64,000 nt of DNA from the IMG/VR virus record IMGVR_UViG_3300028591_000086, positions 96,001-160,000 of that record. One strand, given 5' to 3'. The notes beneath the pieces are model-generated. The model did no database searches. It saw nothing but the letters and a program-made list of their open reading frames with translations, and was not told the origin of the DNA. The position numbers were made by a program, and so were the translations under genes. Of this stretch, positions 28,644 through 38,846 are shown one piece after another. The stretch's first letter is position 1, and the number at the start of each line of letters is the position of its first letter. This DNA comes from a virus (taxonomy: Duplodnaviria; Caudoviricetes).

Positions 28644-30155
28644 CTAGATATCATAAGGCGTTATTCCTTCTCCTTTCATATCTACATATTTATCATTCTT
28701 ATTAATATCATACGGAGTAATACCAGTATTATAATATCTAGGTGCATAGTATAATGATTGAGGATGTCCTGGGTTAATGATACCAAAACACCAATAAGAC
28801 GGATTCATAGGATTATCTTTTCTAAATAATATATTCCAATTAGGATATTTATTATTACAATAATCTATATATTTCTTACAATCATCTTCTTTCCAGAATA
28901 ATACTCCATTAGATAAACCGCATCGGTGTTTTCTTTCATAAAGATCATCCATATATTCTTTTTCTTCGAGAGTAAATTCTTTAGAATTATGATGAAGTTT
29001 ATTATAAGGAAATATCATTTTACCATTATTCCAGAATTGAGGACCTTTCACTTCTACATAATTACCATTAATAATGAAATCAGGTATATAATGACGTACA
29101 TTATTATACATGTCTTTATATTCAAACATATTAGTATTTCTAATAATAGGAATATTATTATCTATACAATATATCCATACAGCTAATTCCCATGAAGAAT
29201 CAAAATATATACCATAATAATTATAATAAAACGATGGATGTAATGTACCGTATTTATTAATTATATCATTTTTCCATTGATCTGAACCTAAATAACTAGA
29301 TCTACCATATTTATTCAAACACGTACTTTTTATCTTTTCCCTAACTTCATAAGTTGAAATGAATGATAATCGACCGTATTTATCCATCATATATTCTTTA
29401 AATTCTGGTGTACCATATTCCATCCAATTACTTTTTCCATATTTTTCAAGATTATTTTGTTTTCTATTTTGCGTAGATTTTTCTTGAACTTCTGGAATCT
29501 GCATGACATTTGAAACACCATATTTTTCAATAATCTTTTCACGCATTTTATCTTTTATCTTATCATTTTGCAAAGCATGTTCAACGCCATATCTCTTTTT
29601 CAAAGTTTCAACAGTTTCATCATAAATCTTTTTACTTTGCAATGCGTATTCTACACCATATTTTTCTTTTGTGGTTTTTCTAGCTTTAGCATTAACCTCA
29701 GGATCTTTAAGCGAACATTTAGAACCGAATTTTTCAAGATTAGTAGATTCTATTTTATCTCTAATTTTTTTATTAGCCATACCGAATCCACCATGTTTTT
29801 CTAAAACCCTATCCAATGCATATCTTTGTTTTTCTTTATTTTCGTACGTATGTGCATAACCATATCGTTCAATATTTAAACAATCTTGACACAGTAAGGT
29901 TTTATGGTTTTCAATATTAGCAGTTCTAAAAGATCTCGTTTGTGTTTTACCACAGGATTTACACTTAAACGTGTATACCATAAGATTAGTGAATACTCTT
30001 TTTTCTCTGATGAATTTTACCTTATCAGGATGATATCTGTCAAAAATACGAGTTATATAAACCGAGTCAAACATATCAGGGTCATCAACTATATAATTTT
30101 CATTATCATCTTTAGGTATATCTATATCATCATATGAATTATAAATTCGTTTCAT
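28644..30155 (-). CDS. putative free-standing homing endonuclease, paralog of 17615..19168
   Basis: CKSC..CQDC; many KYGV repeats; FDSSWE...YIPDFIINGNYVEVKG; C-terminal GITPYD x2. Confidence 0.75.
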   Translation of the reverse strand: MKRIYNSYDDIDIPKDDNENYIVDDPDMFDSVYITRIFDRYHPDKVKFIREKRVFTNLMVYTFKCKSCGKTQTRSFRTANIENHKTLLCQDCLNIERYGYAHTYENKEKQRYALDRVLEKHGGFGMANKKIRDKIESTNLEKFGSKCSLKDPEVNAKARKTTKEKYGVEYALQSKKIYDETVETLKKRYGVEHALQNDKIKDKMREKIIEKYGVSNVMQIPEVQEKSTQNRKQNNLEKYGKSNWMEYGTPEFKEYMMDKYGRLSFISTYEVREKIKSTCLNKYGRSSYLGSDQWKNDIINKYGTLHPSFYYNYYGIYFDSSWELAVWIYCIDNNIPIIRNTNMFEYKDMYNNVRHYIPDFIINGNYVEVKGPQFWNNGKMIFPYNKLHHNSKEFTLEEKEYMDDLYERKHRCGLSNGVLFWKEDDCKKYIDYCNNKYPNWNILFRKDNPMNPSYWCFGIINPGHPQSLYYAPRYYNTGITPYDINKNDKYVDMKGEGITPYDI

Positions 30156-30278
30156 AATTTCATACTCCTATATTATGTATAATATATTATTGAAATTTAC
30201 AACCTAGATTACAATCGTGAAAAACAATAAAAAAGAAAAAAGCTCCTTTTTAAGGAGCTTTTCTTATGTTACTTTATT

Positions 30279-31049
30279 TTAAACACCTAAACGCGATGTA
30301 TCGATTTCTTGTAACAATTTGTGTATTTCTGTTACATCTATTATAAAATTAAAATATATATTTCCGCTTCCGCCAAAATCATCTCCAGCTATATCGACAC
30401 TGACGTCTGATATTATCGGATATTTTTTCTTAAGCAGATTCAATTGTTTTAAAGATTCATTATATGCTTTATCATAAATTCCTCCCCAACCATCATTACC
30501 ATTATTCCACCAAGAATCTTCACTATCTGGAAGTTTATCTAGATCCACGCCTGTATAAAATAATGCAGTTACTCCGCTCTCAAGTTTCATCTTACCGGTC
30601 TTATTCTTAGCATATTTAACAATTTCTTTTAAAAATGATCGAGTTATTTTTTCAGGCTTAAGATAATCATCCAAATCATCAGCTACAGAAAAATCATAAG
30701 CATCATTAAGCTTATTGATGCTATCACAAATGTTTTTTGCATCTTTTTTAATATTTGGAATGTGTTTAATGATGGTATTATTTAAGCTATCTGTTAATAA
30801 TTTTGTAATTTTTTCAACAACTACACGATTTTTCTTACAAAACACATTATATTTGCGATTATCTATCGCTGTTTCTATTCCAAGCGCAACACTTAATATT
30901 GCAAATGCTACAAATGGAAACAATACAAGACCAGTTAATATACCACCAATTATTCCTTCACTACTTTTTACTTCAGGTTTATTATTTATATTATCAGGTA
31001 CAGTAATACTAATAGGACTAGTACCTTCTTGACTTATAGTTATTTTCAT
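30279..31049 (-). CDS. putative virion (head) protein with propeptide, N-terminal paralog of 15234..16046
   Basis: MKITISQEGTSPISITVPDN...KSSEG followed by a hydrophobic helix. Confidence 0.65.
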   Translation of the reverse strand: MKITISQEGTSPISITVPDNINNKPEVKSSEGIIGGILTGLVLFPFVAFAILSVALGIETAIDNRKYNVFCKKNRVVVEKITKLLTDSLNNTIIKHIPNIKKDAKNICDSINKLNDAYDFSVADDLDDYLKPEKITRSFLKEIVKYAKNKTGKMKLESGVTALFYTGVDLDKLPDSEDSWWNNGNDGWGGIYDKAYNESLKQLNLLKKKYPIISDVSVDIAGDDFGGSGNIYFNFIIDVTEIHKLLQEIDTSRLGV

Positions 31050-31117
31050 AATTAATTTACCTCATATAAAAAAGTTATACATTATAAAGTTATGATATTA
31101 TAATGAGAGGTAAAAAT

Positions 31118-31516
31118 ATGAAATTATTACTTATACTTTTTATGATGATCTCTATACATTATTTATTCAGTATATTTTCACTGAATGCAATCGATAAATA
31201 TAAAAATAAAGAGTATTTCGAAAAAACATTCCCTAAAAAAATGTGTAAATACGATTACATTAATTATCTTATAACTGATAGTTATTTGTGGTCTATGTCT
31301 ATTTTATTACCGATAATAATAAATATAAACGGTTATATAACATGGGCTTCATTCATGGGAATAATAGTGAACGGAATAATTCGAGGAATAATAGAAGATC
31401 TAAGAATAAACAAAAAAATAATTAATGCATTTTCAGCAAATATTTGTTATATATTCCAAATATTTGTTACTGAAAGTATCTACGTTTTATTTTACAGAAA
31501 TATTTTATTTAATTAA
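31118..31516 (+). CDS. membrane protein, degenerate DUF3307-like
   Basis: ATG at 31118 after GAGG; four hydrophobic segments; KYDYI..L...S..W and DLRINKKIIN resemble phage DUF3307 proteins, but the His/Asp residues are mostly lost. Confidence 0.55.
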   Translation: MKLLLILFMMISIHYLFSIFSLNAIDKYKNKEYFEKTFPKKMCKYDYINYLITDSYLWSMSILLPIIININGYITWASFMGIIVNGIIRGIIEDLRINKKIINAFSANICYIFQIFVTESIYVLFYRNILFN

Positions 31517-31854
31517 TAAAAATATAGCTGGCTCGTAAGCCAGCTATATAAATTAAAGGAGATAAATCGAAAAAGATTATTTGTAAAATACCCCGTCTAT
31601 CTTTTTCGACAAACGTACATCTTATCATATAACCGCCAGGAGAATAAATGTGTGAACAAAAAATGAAAATGTTTAATAACAAACCCTATTACAACAAATG
31701 ACATTTTATTTCACGATTTATGATATCTTAATTTGACGTACGTTAGCAACAAAAAACAATTTAATTTCAAAATCATTTTAATAAAAATGATTAAGAAAGA
31801 TCAAAACAAAAGTAAAACATTTTAAATAAGGAGAAGTTTTATGTTTCAATTTCA
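31517..31854 (-). ncRNA. putative ~335-nt sRNA with three anti-SD tracts
   Basis: Late promoter AACA-TATAGA-TG (31864-31853), terminator 31523-31549 with minus-strand U-tract, no sizeable ORF, three UCUCCU tracts. Confidence 0.55.
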
Positions 31855-31885
31855 TCTATATGTTATATATCTCTTTTATTTTTTA

Positions 31886-32041
31886 TAAAAAAATGAGGAG
31901 GCCCGTAAGCCTCCTCATAAAACACAAAAAAAGGTCTTTTATACGAATGCAAAAGCACATAAAGCACTCGTATTATATGACTAAAAAAATAAGGGAGGAA
32001 TTCATGTTTATTTACGAGAGTAAATCATCATTGTTCTCTCA
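31886..32041 (-). ncRNA. putative ~155-nt sRNA with anti-AUG/anti-SD tract
   Basis: Late promoter AACA-TTATAT-TG (32051-32040), terminator 31893-31918 with U7, CAUGAAUUCCUCCCUU between two hairpins. Confidence 0.6.
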
Positions 32042-32074
32042 ATATAATGTTTAACTGATATATAAATTAATAAA

Positions 32075-32108
32075 ATTAATTCCCTACCATTACAGGTAGG
32101 GAATTAAT
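32075..32108 (-). terminator. intrinsic terminator after the RNAP beta gene
   Basis: ATTAATTCCCTACC-ATTACA-GGTAGGGAATTAAT. Confidence 0.8.
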
Positions 32109-32111
32109 CAT

Positions 32112-35100
32112 TTATTCTTTATTTTTAAAGTATTCTTCAGCTATTTCTTTTCCTCTCTCAAATAATATCTTAGAAAGATAACCATTTAAGAAAGTACTAC
32201 AAACCATTCTGTTTAGAACACCAATAGTACTTTGAATAAAGTCGATAGTATTAAACTTACTCTTGCTATTGATTCGATAAGCACATTCATCTTTTTCCAT
32301 AGTTTTATTGATTACTGTTTTAAGAGCAGGCATAAGTGCAATCTTATCACCAGGATGTCTATCTTCAACATGCTCTATATAATATTCAATAACTATACTA
32401 CCTGTCTTAGGATTAACAAGAACACCATTTAAACGATTCTTCATAGAATTTAATGGCTTAGAAACCCTTACTTCCATTCTTCGTTTACTTGGTGTATTTG
32501 TTAGGGCTTCTTCTTCTTTAATTTCTTTATTGATCTTCGCTATATATTGCTTAACAAATTTTTTAGCAGATTCACCCATTAAATCAGGATCTATAGTCCA
32601 ATACATTTTTATATCGTGTATTTTACCAGTGTAATTTGCACCTGAAGAGTGTCTAGCAATAGTATCAAGAACATCATCATCAACATCACCTAATTGATCA
32701 AGTAATGCCATATCAGAATCAGCATCTTTAGCATCTTCATATATTAAAAGTGGATCCCCATAAGTTACATGATCACCAACTTTAACACTTGAAATTATAT
32801 TAGCTGTTGGATTAAGAACAATTTGTTTTCGTTTAATAATAGTTGTGGCAACTTTCTTAGCTAATCGCCATGAAATAGCTGAAGAGTCTTCCTCAGTTAC
32901 TTCACCTTCATGAATTGCTACTCTAGCTAATGCCCCTTGTGTGTAAATTAAACGACCCATAGATTTTTTAAAGTAATCTTTATTATGAGTTATTATTTGT
33001 CCTTCTTTTATACTTTGTCCTTCTTTAACATCGACTTCAATATTATTAGCTAAGAAGAAATCCGAATTCTTAATATTTCTATTACCAAAATCTACTCTAT
33101 CAGTAGTTCCGTCATTATATTTTATAAGCACGTATTTGTTCTCTTCATCAACCTTAATAATTTTACCGTTCTGTTTAGCTTTATATCCAAAAGTAGACGA
33201 TACTTTATAAGGTACAGTACGTTCCATTCCAGTTCCTACCATAGGAACGTCAAATGCCGCTCCAGCAACAAGGTGTTTTGTTTGGGAAGATAAGAATCCT
33301 ATACGTTTAGGATCATTATAAATACCGTATGGAACACACTCTTCAAAAGCGTACAACGATGATGCCGACAGATTCTTAGTTTCTTTAACTGTAGTAGATT
33401 GAACAAATCCGTAAGTATTAACTATTCGAGGATTAGCAGTTAACTGTCTGTTAATACCAATATTACCATTATCTGGACCAGATATTGCTTCTGTACCAAT
33501 ATTACTTATAGTTTGTCCACGTTTATCCAACGTAAATGCTCTATCCATATTGATACCGTTAGGTCCTTTAAATGTAACTCCTGATTTTTCTCGTAATTCA
33601 CTACCTGGAGATGTGGTATCATAATTAACTAAAATAAAAGATTTATTAAGCTTATTTATAATATCTTCTTCAGGTATAGAAAATCCTTCTCTAGATTTTC
33701 CTTTTTGCATATAAATACGATAATTTTCAGAAATACTATTATATAATAAATCTGGTAATACTTCATAGTCTCTGATTCTCCAAGAACTAACTTCTCCAGA
33801 AGGAGTAAATTGATTATCTTGAAGTAAAGAGTTTGCATATATCAATAATTCACATAAATCTGTTGGGAGATGTAATTCTTTTATAATCTCTAAAGTCTTA
33901 GGATCTAAGAACAAATCTCTAAATGCTATCCAACCTTTAATAAGGTTTCTAGTTTCAAATTTATTATAAGTGAATTCGATATATGTATTTAAATTATCCA
34001 AATCTTTAAATTCCATCGTACTTAAAGGAAGCATACATAAACCGTTAAGCAACATTGCATGATCTAATGGGAACATTCCATAATACAAACTACCATCAGC
34101 AAATTGTAAATAGTTAGAATTATTCGGATCGATAAATGCTTTATCTTCTTCAGACAATTCTGAATGTTTAGTTCCTTTAGGAATAAATAAAGTTTTAATA
34201 TTTCCTGCTTCTAATACTTTTTGGAAACCAAAAGTACCAGATAAGAAAATTATTAAAGGTATTTCTTTAGACTGTATTTCAATCTTAGAGAAAATTTTCT
34301 TTACATTACCTTTAACTGAATTAATTGTCTTATCTATCAGAGAAATAAGATTTGGATTATCTGTAGATTTTATATCTTCAAAAATTAATTTTGAAACAGA
34401 ACTATCTAGTTTTACTTTATCAAGTGTTATAACTGAATTATCTGCACGTATACCTACAGGTATTTCGGTACTATCAAAATTAAATTTAATATGATTATTA
34501 GTAATAACATCATGTATTTCTTTCTGATTAAAATAATAAATAATTTCTTTAGTTGATTTAGGATTGATAATTATTTTATCATACATACATGCTAATTCAT
34601 CATATTCGATAGATGTATCGTATTCAAGATTTATTTTTGAGTTATTACCGCGATATATTTCGATGTCTTTAATATAATTACTTGCTTCTTTAGAAATTTG
34701 AGAAATAAATTTACTTAACGCAATAGATAATTTATTTATTTTTTGACCGCTTCTAAAAATACGTACTTTATTGTAATTTGATAATACGTACACTTCATCT
34801 GGTGATGTTTTAGTTACAGGTTTTAAAATCCATTGCTTTTTAAGCATTTTAGTATTTCCACCGATATACATAAATCCATCATCATCTATTTTTGGCATTT
34901 TAAATGTGATATTATGACTTTTACCAAACTTATCTTTAAGTTCGAATCTATATCTTTCAAGTTTATTAAATTGATCAGATATATCTTCTTTTTCAAATTT
35001 GACAATAGCCATTTGATTGGATTTATTTTCATCAGAGAATGCTTTAACGTTTGCAACTATATCTTGTGCTAAAGTTTTCTTTACATAACTCTTTGTAAAA

Positions 35101-37043
35101 TCTGTTAAGATTGATGTATTGAATGAACTATCTGCTAAATCAAGTTTTTCATCATGATTATCTATACTTACAGTATTTGCTCTGTTAAGTACATCTTCAA
35201 GTGTTTCGTTTTCATTAAATTTAATACTTTTGTATTTATCTTTAATGCTATTATAATATGCTTGTTGTTTAGCAGAAGTTTTTCCTTCAAGAGTTTCTCT
35301 TACACTATTTATAATTGCAGTAGTTGCATTAGATTGATTTTTCTTATTGTGTTCGTCCATGAAATCTTCATCATCATCAGAAGATTCATCTTCTTCAAAA
35401 TCATCCTCTTCTTCTATATCGTCTTCAGAAGGTTCATTATCAGAAATATTTTCATCAGGTTCTTCAGTTTCATTTTCATCTTCATCATTATCATCACCAA
35501 AATCCCAATCATCATCAGGATTATCTTCATCAGTAAAATTTTGGACTTTATTTATAAATCCGTGTAATTTACTGAGATTATTTATTTCTTTTTTCTCATC
35601 TGAAGATATAACTATATTTGTTTGTTTTTGTTTAGATAAATCGTTTTCAGTTTTAAATCCTAATTCTATTTGTTTATCTAAACGAAGTTTTGCTTCAGTT
35701 AATAATTCAAGTGTAGATTTATTATTATTTTTAGGATTATTATTCTTAATATAATCTAATAATTGTTTATCAGAAGCTTTAAGTTTAGAATTAAAATTAG
35801 AAATATCAGATTTTGATGTGATAGTTTTTTCAGCTTCAATAATAGGTTTATTAATGTCTTGTATCATCTGTTTATTAAATTCTTCATTATTTGAAATCGT
35901 TGAATTTATATTATTTGAAACTTCTTCACTGTCTCCATCAGAAGAGTTAATCATTTGTGTTACTAATTCATCAACTTCATTATCTGAAATTTCAGAATTA
36001 TTAAGACCTATAAGTATTTTCAATGAAGATTTAATAAATCTAAATGTAGAATCAAAACGCATTCCTTTTTCGATAAATTCTTTATAATCTACATAAAAAG
36101 CGTGTGTTTCATTATAAAAAATGAATGTAACATGATCCATTTGTTTAATATAATCTTTTAATAATCTTGATATTGGACTATCTTCGAAAGGAGAATCATC
36201 TAAAAGACCTATTACAAATTTTAAAATACCTAAATGACTAGATATTTCAGGATCACGTTTTAAAATATTTGATGTCAATCTAAATTCTGGATTTATCCAA
36301 ATATTAGGAATTCGTTTATCTTTGCTTGTTATTTTAAACGGTATTATTATATTTTTAAAATTATCAGCAATTGGAGGAAGTGAAGTTATGTAAGTTGAAA
36401 ACAGTGGAGATACTTCATTGTTATTACTGAATACTAATCTCAAAATGTTTTGTAGAATAATTGTTTCAGATGTTCTCATAACAGCTGGTCTACTACACAT
36501 TTTTAAATTAGGTAATGTTTCGTTTAAAATACCAGTTAAATCGAATACTGTATTTTTAAGATTTTTAATTATATAACTTGGTAATTGTGTTAAACCTGGT
36601 AGATATTTATTCTTAATTTGAATAAAATCTTCAGGTTTATTTGTTTTTATAATTTTTTTGCTGCCAGGGATAAATGGGTTTTTATAACCCATTTTTCTTG
36701 GAAAGACATAATTAAAAATCATTTGTTTATACATGTTTTCGCCAAAAAATAACTTAACAGTTTCTGCTACTTCACTAGAAGTATGAACTAATGGCAATAA
36801 TGCAACGTTTGATTTTTGACGAAGTAAAATTCCGTTTTTAGGAAAATCAATTTTATTTTTTCTTAACCTAAATAATTTTCCGAATTTCATCACAGGTGGA
36901 AGTAATTGTGAATATGCTTCCAAACCAAGAATTTCGTTTGGTGAAGAAATAAATAAACTTTCACCAGATTTAATTTTACTGGCTCTTAATTTTTCAAAAT
37001 TGTCAATTGACACGTCGTAAATTTTTGTATTGTCACTGTTCAT
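32112..37043 (-). CDS. RNA polymerase beta subunit, virion-type (phiKZ gp178-like architecture) with long N-terminal extension
   Basis: MPKIDDDGFMYIGG, GPDNGNIGI, NDPKRIGFLSSQTKH (=DDANRALMGANMQRQ), VGTGME, EDSSAIS, GDKIA...KTVI, GVLNRM; lacks the beta C-terminal clamp part; late promoter at 37117-37128. Confidence 0.9.
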   Translation of the reverse strand: MNSDNTKIYDVSIDNFEKLRASKIKSGESLFISSPNEILGLEAYSQLLPPVMKFGKLFRLRKNKIDFPKNGILLRQKSNVALLPLVHTSSEVAETVKLFFGENMYKQMIFNYVFPRKMGYKNPFIPGSKKIIKTNKPEDFIQIKNKYLPGLTQLPSYIIKNLKNTVFDLTGILNETLPNLKMCSRPAVMRTSETIILQNILRLVFSNNNEVSPLFSTYITSLPPIADNFKNIIIPFKITSKDKRIPNIWINPEFRLTSNILKRDPEISSHLGILKFVIGLLDDSPFEDSPISRLLKDYIKQMDHVTFIFYNETHAFYVDYKEFIEKGMRFDSTFRFIKSSLKILIGLNNSEISDNEVDELVTQMINSSDGDSEEVSNNINSTISNNEEFNKQMIQDINKPIIEAEKTITSKSDISNFNSKLKASDKQLLDYIKNNNPKNNNKSTLELLTEAKLRLDKQIELGFKTENDLSKQKQTNIVISSDEKKEINNLSKLHGFINKVQNFTDEDNPDDDWDFGDDNDEDENETEEPDENISDNEPSEDDIEEEDDFEEDESSDDDEDFMDEHNKKNQSNATTAIINSVRETLEGKTSAKQQAYYNSIKDKYKSIKFNENETLEDVLNRANTVSIDNHDEKLDLADSSFNTSILTDFTKSYVKKTLAQDIVANVKAFSDENKSNQMAIVKFEKEDISDQFNKLERYRFELKDKFGKSHNITFKMPKIDDDGFMYIGGNTKMLKKQWILKPVTKTSPDEVYVLSNYNKVRIFRSGQKINKLSIALSKFISQISKEASNYIKDIEIYRGNNSKINLEYDTSIEYDELACMYDKIIINPKSTKEIIYYFNQKEIHDVITNNHIKFNFDSTEIPVGIRADNSVITLDKVKLDSSVSKLIFEDIKSTDNPNLISLIDKTINSVKGNVKKIFSKIEIQSKEIPLIIFLSGTFGFQKVLEAGNIKTLFIPKGTKHSELSEEDKAFIDPNNSNYLQFADGSLYYGMFPLDHAMLLNGLCMLPLSTMEFKDLDNLNTYIEFTYNKFETRNLIKGWIAFRDLFLDPKTLEIIKELHLPTDLCELLIYANSLLQDNQFTPSGEVSSWRIRDYEVLPDLLYNSISENYRIYMQKGKSREGFSIPEEDIINKLNKSFILVNYDTTSPGSELREKSGVTFKGPNGINMDRAFTLDKRGQTISNIGTEAISGPDNGNIGINRQLTANPRIVNTYGFVQSTTVKETKNLSASSLYAFEECVPYGIYNDPKRIGFLSSQTKHLVAGAAFDVPMVGTGMERTVPYKVSSTFGYKAKQNGKIIKVDEENKYVLIKYNDGTTDRVDFGNRNIKNSDFFLANNIEVDVKEGQSIKEGQIITHNKDYFKKSMGRLIYTQGALARVAIHEGEVTEEDSSAISWRLAKKVATTIIKRKQIVLNPTANIISSVKVGDHVTYGDPLLIYEDAKDADSDMALLDQLGDVDDDVLDTIARHSSGANYTGKIHDIKMYWTIDPDLMGESAKKFVKQYIAKINKEIKEEEALTNTPSKRRMEVRVSKPLNSMKNRLNGVLVNPKTGSIVIEYYIEHVEDRHPGDKIALMPALKTVINKTMEKDECAYRINSKSKFNTIDFIQSTIGVLNRMVCSTFLNGYLSKILFERGKEIAEEYFKNKE

Positions 37044-37139
37044 AATTTTCTCTTTGTTTAAAAAAATTTATTGATTTTAAACTGTGATTTTTAAAATTTT
37101 GACGTTTAATTTCAATCATGAAAATGTTTATTGGGTTTA

Positions 37140-38450
37140 TTAAAATTTAAATTTTTTTTAATAAATTTTATTTAAAATCTTGATTTCATTTATATATAAT
37201 TTATATTAATTATTATTATACGAAGTATAATAATAATTATTTTATTAATATTATATATCTAGTTATTATATAATATTATTATAACTAGTTATTATATCTA
37301 GATATTAATATTAGTTATATAATAATATTAATTATAATTAAGATATTATATTTAGTTATTATATCTAGTTATAATAACTCTGTATTATTGCTAAATATAA
37401 TTAAAGTGATATAGCTAAAGTATATCACTTTAATTAATTATAATATAATATTTAGTTATAATATTTAGTTGTAATATTACATCTCAGGATTATATCTCTC
37501 TCTTAAAATATAAATATTACCTAACAATACTGTGTACATTAAATTTTAGTACTTGTATTATAACTAAAAATATTCTTGTAAATTATAGCTAAAGATAACT
37601 AAAATTTAATATAAATTATATATAAACGAATTTTGGATTTTGAATAAAATTTTGATTTTACAAATTTTAAAATTATTTTTTACAAAAATAAAATGACTTA
37701 ATTCGAAAAAGTTTGTAACATAATAATACAACACGAAAAATTAAATAAACGATTTTTTAATTTTTTGACACTAATTGTCCTACCCGCATTATTAGATTCA
37801 TGAAATGTGGTTGTTTACATTGTCTGTTGATTTTTCTAACGCATTTAACAGATTTGAATTTATTTATTTTTTCCGTGTAACACAAAAAATAATAAGGGTT
37901 ACTTGTTTAGAATCCTTCGAGATATAAATCCGATTTTGTTTAGTTATTGTCTGATATTTCGGATAAGACAATAGAGTTTGACCAATGCAAACCTGAAAGC
38001 ATTGGAATAACTAAACGACATATAATATTTTCTTAACGCATTTGTTAAAATGCGATTTAATATATATTTTTTTAAAAGCACGTGTACTTTTAAATGGTGC
38101 TAAATAAAATTGTTTTTAAAATCTCTTAGAATTTATGGATAAATCGACGGATCTTTATTTTTTAGAGATTTTAAAATATATTTTAATAAAATTTTAAAAT
38201 CAGATGAATGCATTTAACAATGGGAGTAATCGTAGGTTTTAAATCTTTTACATTCACGAGTCTTAAACGGATTGCGTAATCCTAAATAAGATATTTACAT
38301 GCAGACTGTTGATATCATTAAAGAAAAATAAAAGACCGTAACTAATTGATTTGAAATCGTAGATGATAAAACGTAATTGTTAAAGACAAGTTCAGCGGTA
38401 AAGACAGACTCGTTTAAAATCGATTTTATTATTTTATTTTAGTTCTTTGA
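37140..38450. other. long non-coding, extremely AT-rich region; candidate replication origin
   Basis: No ORF; 37140-37700 almost purely A/T with recurrent TAGTTAT(T/A)ATA and palindromes; near the switch from mostly minus to mostly plus coding. Confidence 0.4.
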
Positions 38451-38507
38451 CATTTATAAAAAAAATAACGCCTGGGCTTATTCCGCCCAGGTCGCTATTA
38501 TTTAATC

Positions 38508-38732
38508 CTAATCCTCGAACCACCTATCGTTCCAGTCGGGGTTCTTTTCCCCGTATTCTTCGATCTCGTCCATCATTTTCGAGATCTTTTTATTTGTTTT
38601 ATAAACTTTAACAGGATTGATATCCTTATTAAAGTTTCTGTTGACTAAATTGACGCCAACGGCGAGACCTATCATAGACCCTACCGCAGCAGCAACTCCA
38701 CCGATTATTTTTAATATAGTTGATCCTGACAT
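38508..38732 (-). CDS. small early protein with N-terminal hydrophobic helix
   Basis: AAGGAGG RBS, TATATTAT motifs at 38761-38773, terminator at ~38464-38498. Confidence 0.8.
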   Translation of the reverse strand: MSGSTILKIIGGVAAAVGSMIGLAVGVNLVNRNFNKDINPVKVYKTNKKISKMMDEIEEYGEKNPDWNDRWFED

Positions 38733-38846
38733 GACATTTTCCTCCTTTTCTATTTATTCAATAATATAATATAAACGTTTGATTATAGATTGATTAAAAT
38801 ATGTATTAATATTAAATACAAAACAAAATAATGATTGGAGGCGAAT

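Noticed and set aside
31860-32054. 64-aa plus-strand ORF
   Set aside because: No RBS at its start, runs through a terminator hairpin; region better explained by minus-strand RNA units
37938-38016. Hammerhead ribozyme
   Set aside because: Branched fold present but the CUGANGA core is not matched (CTGATAT)
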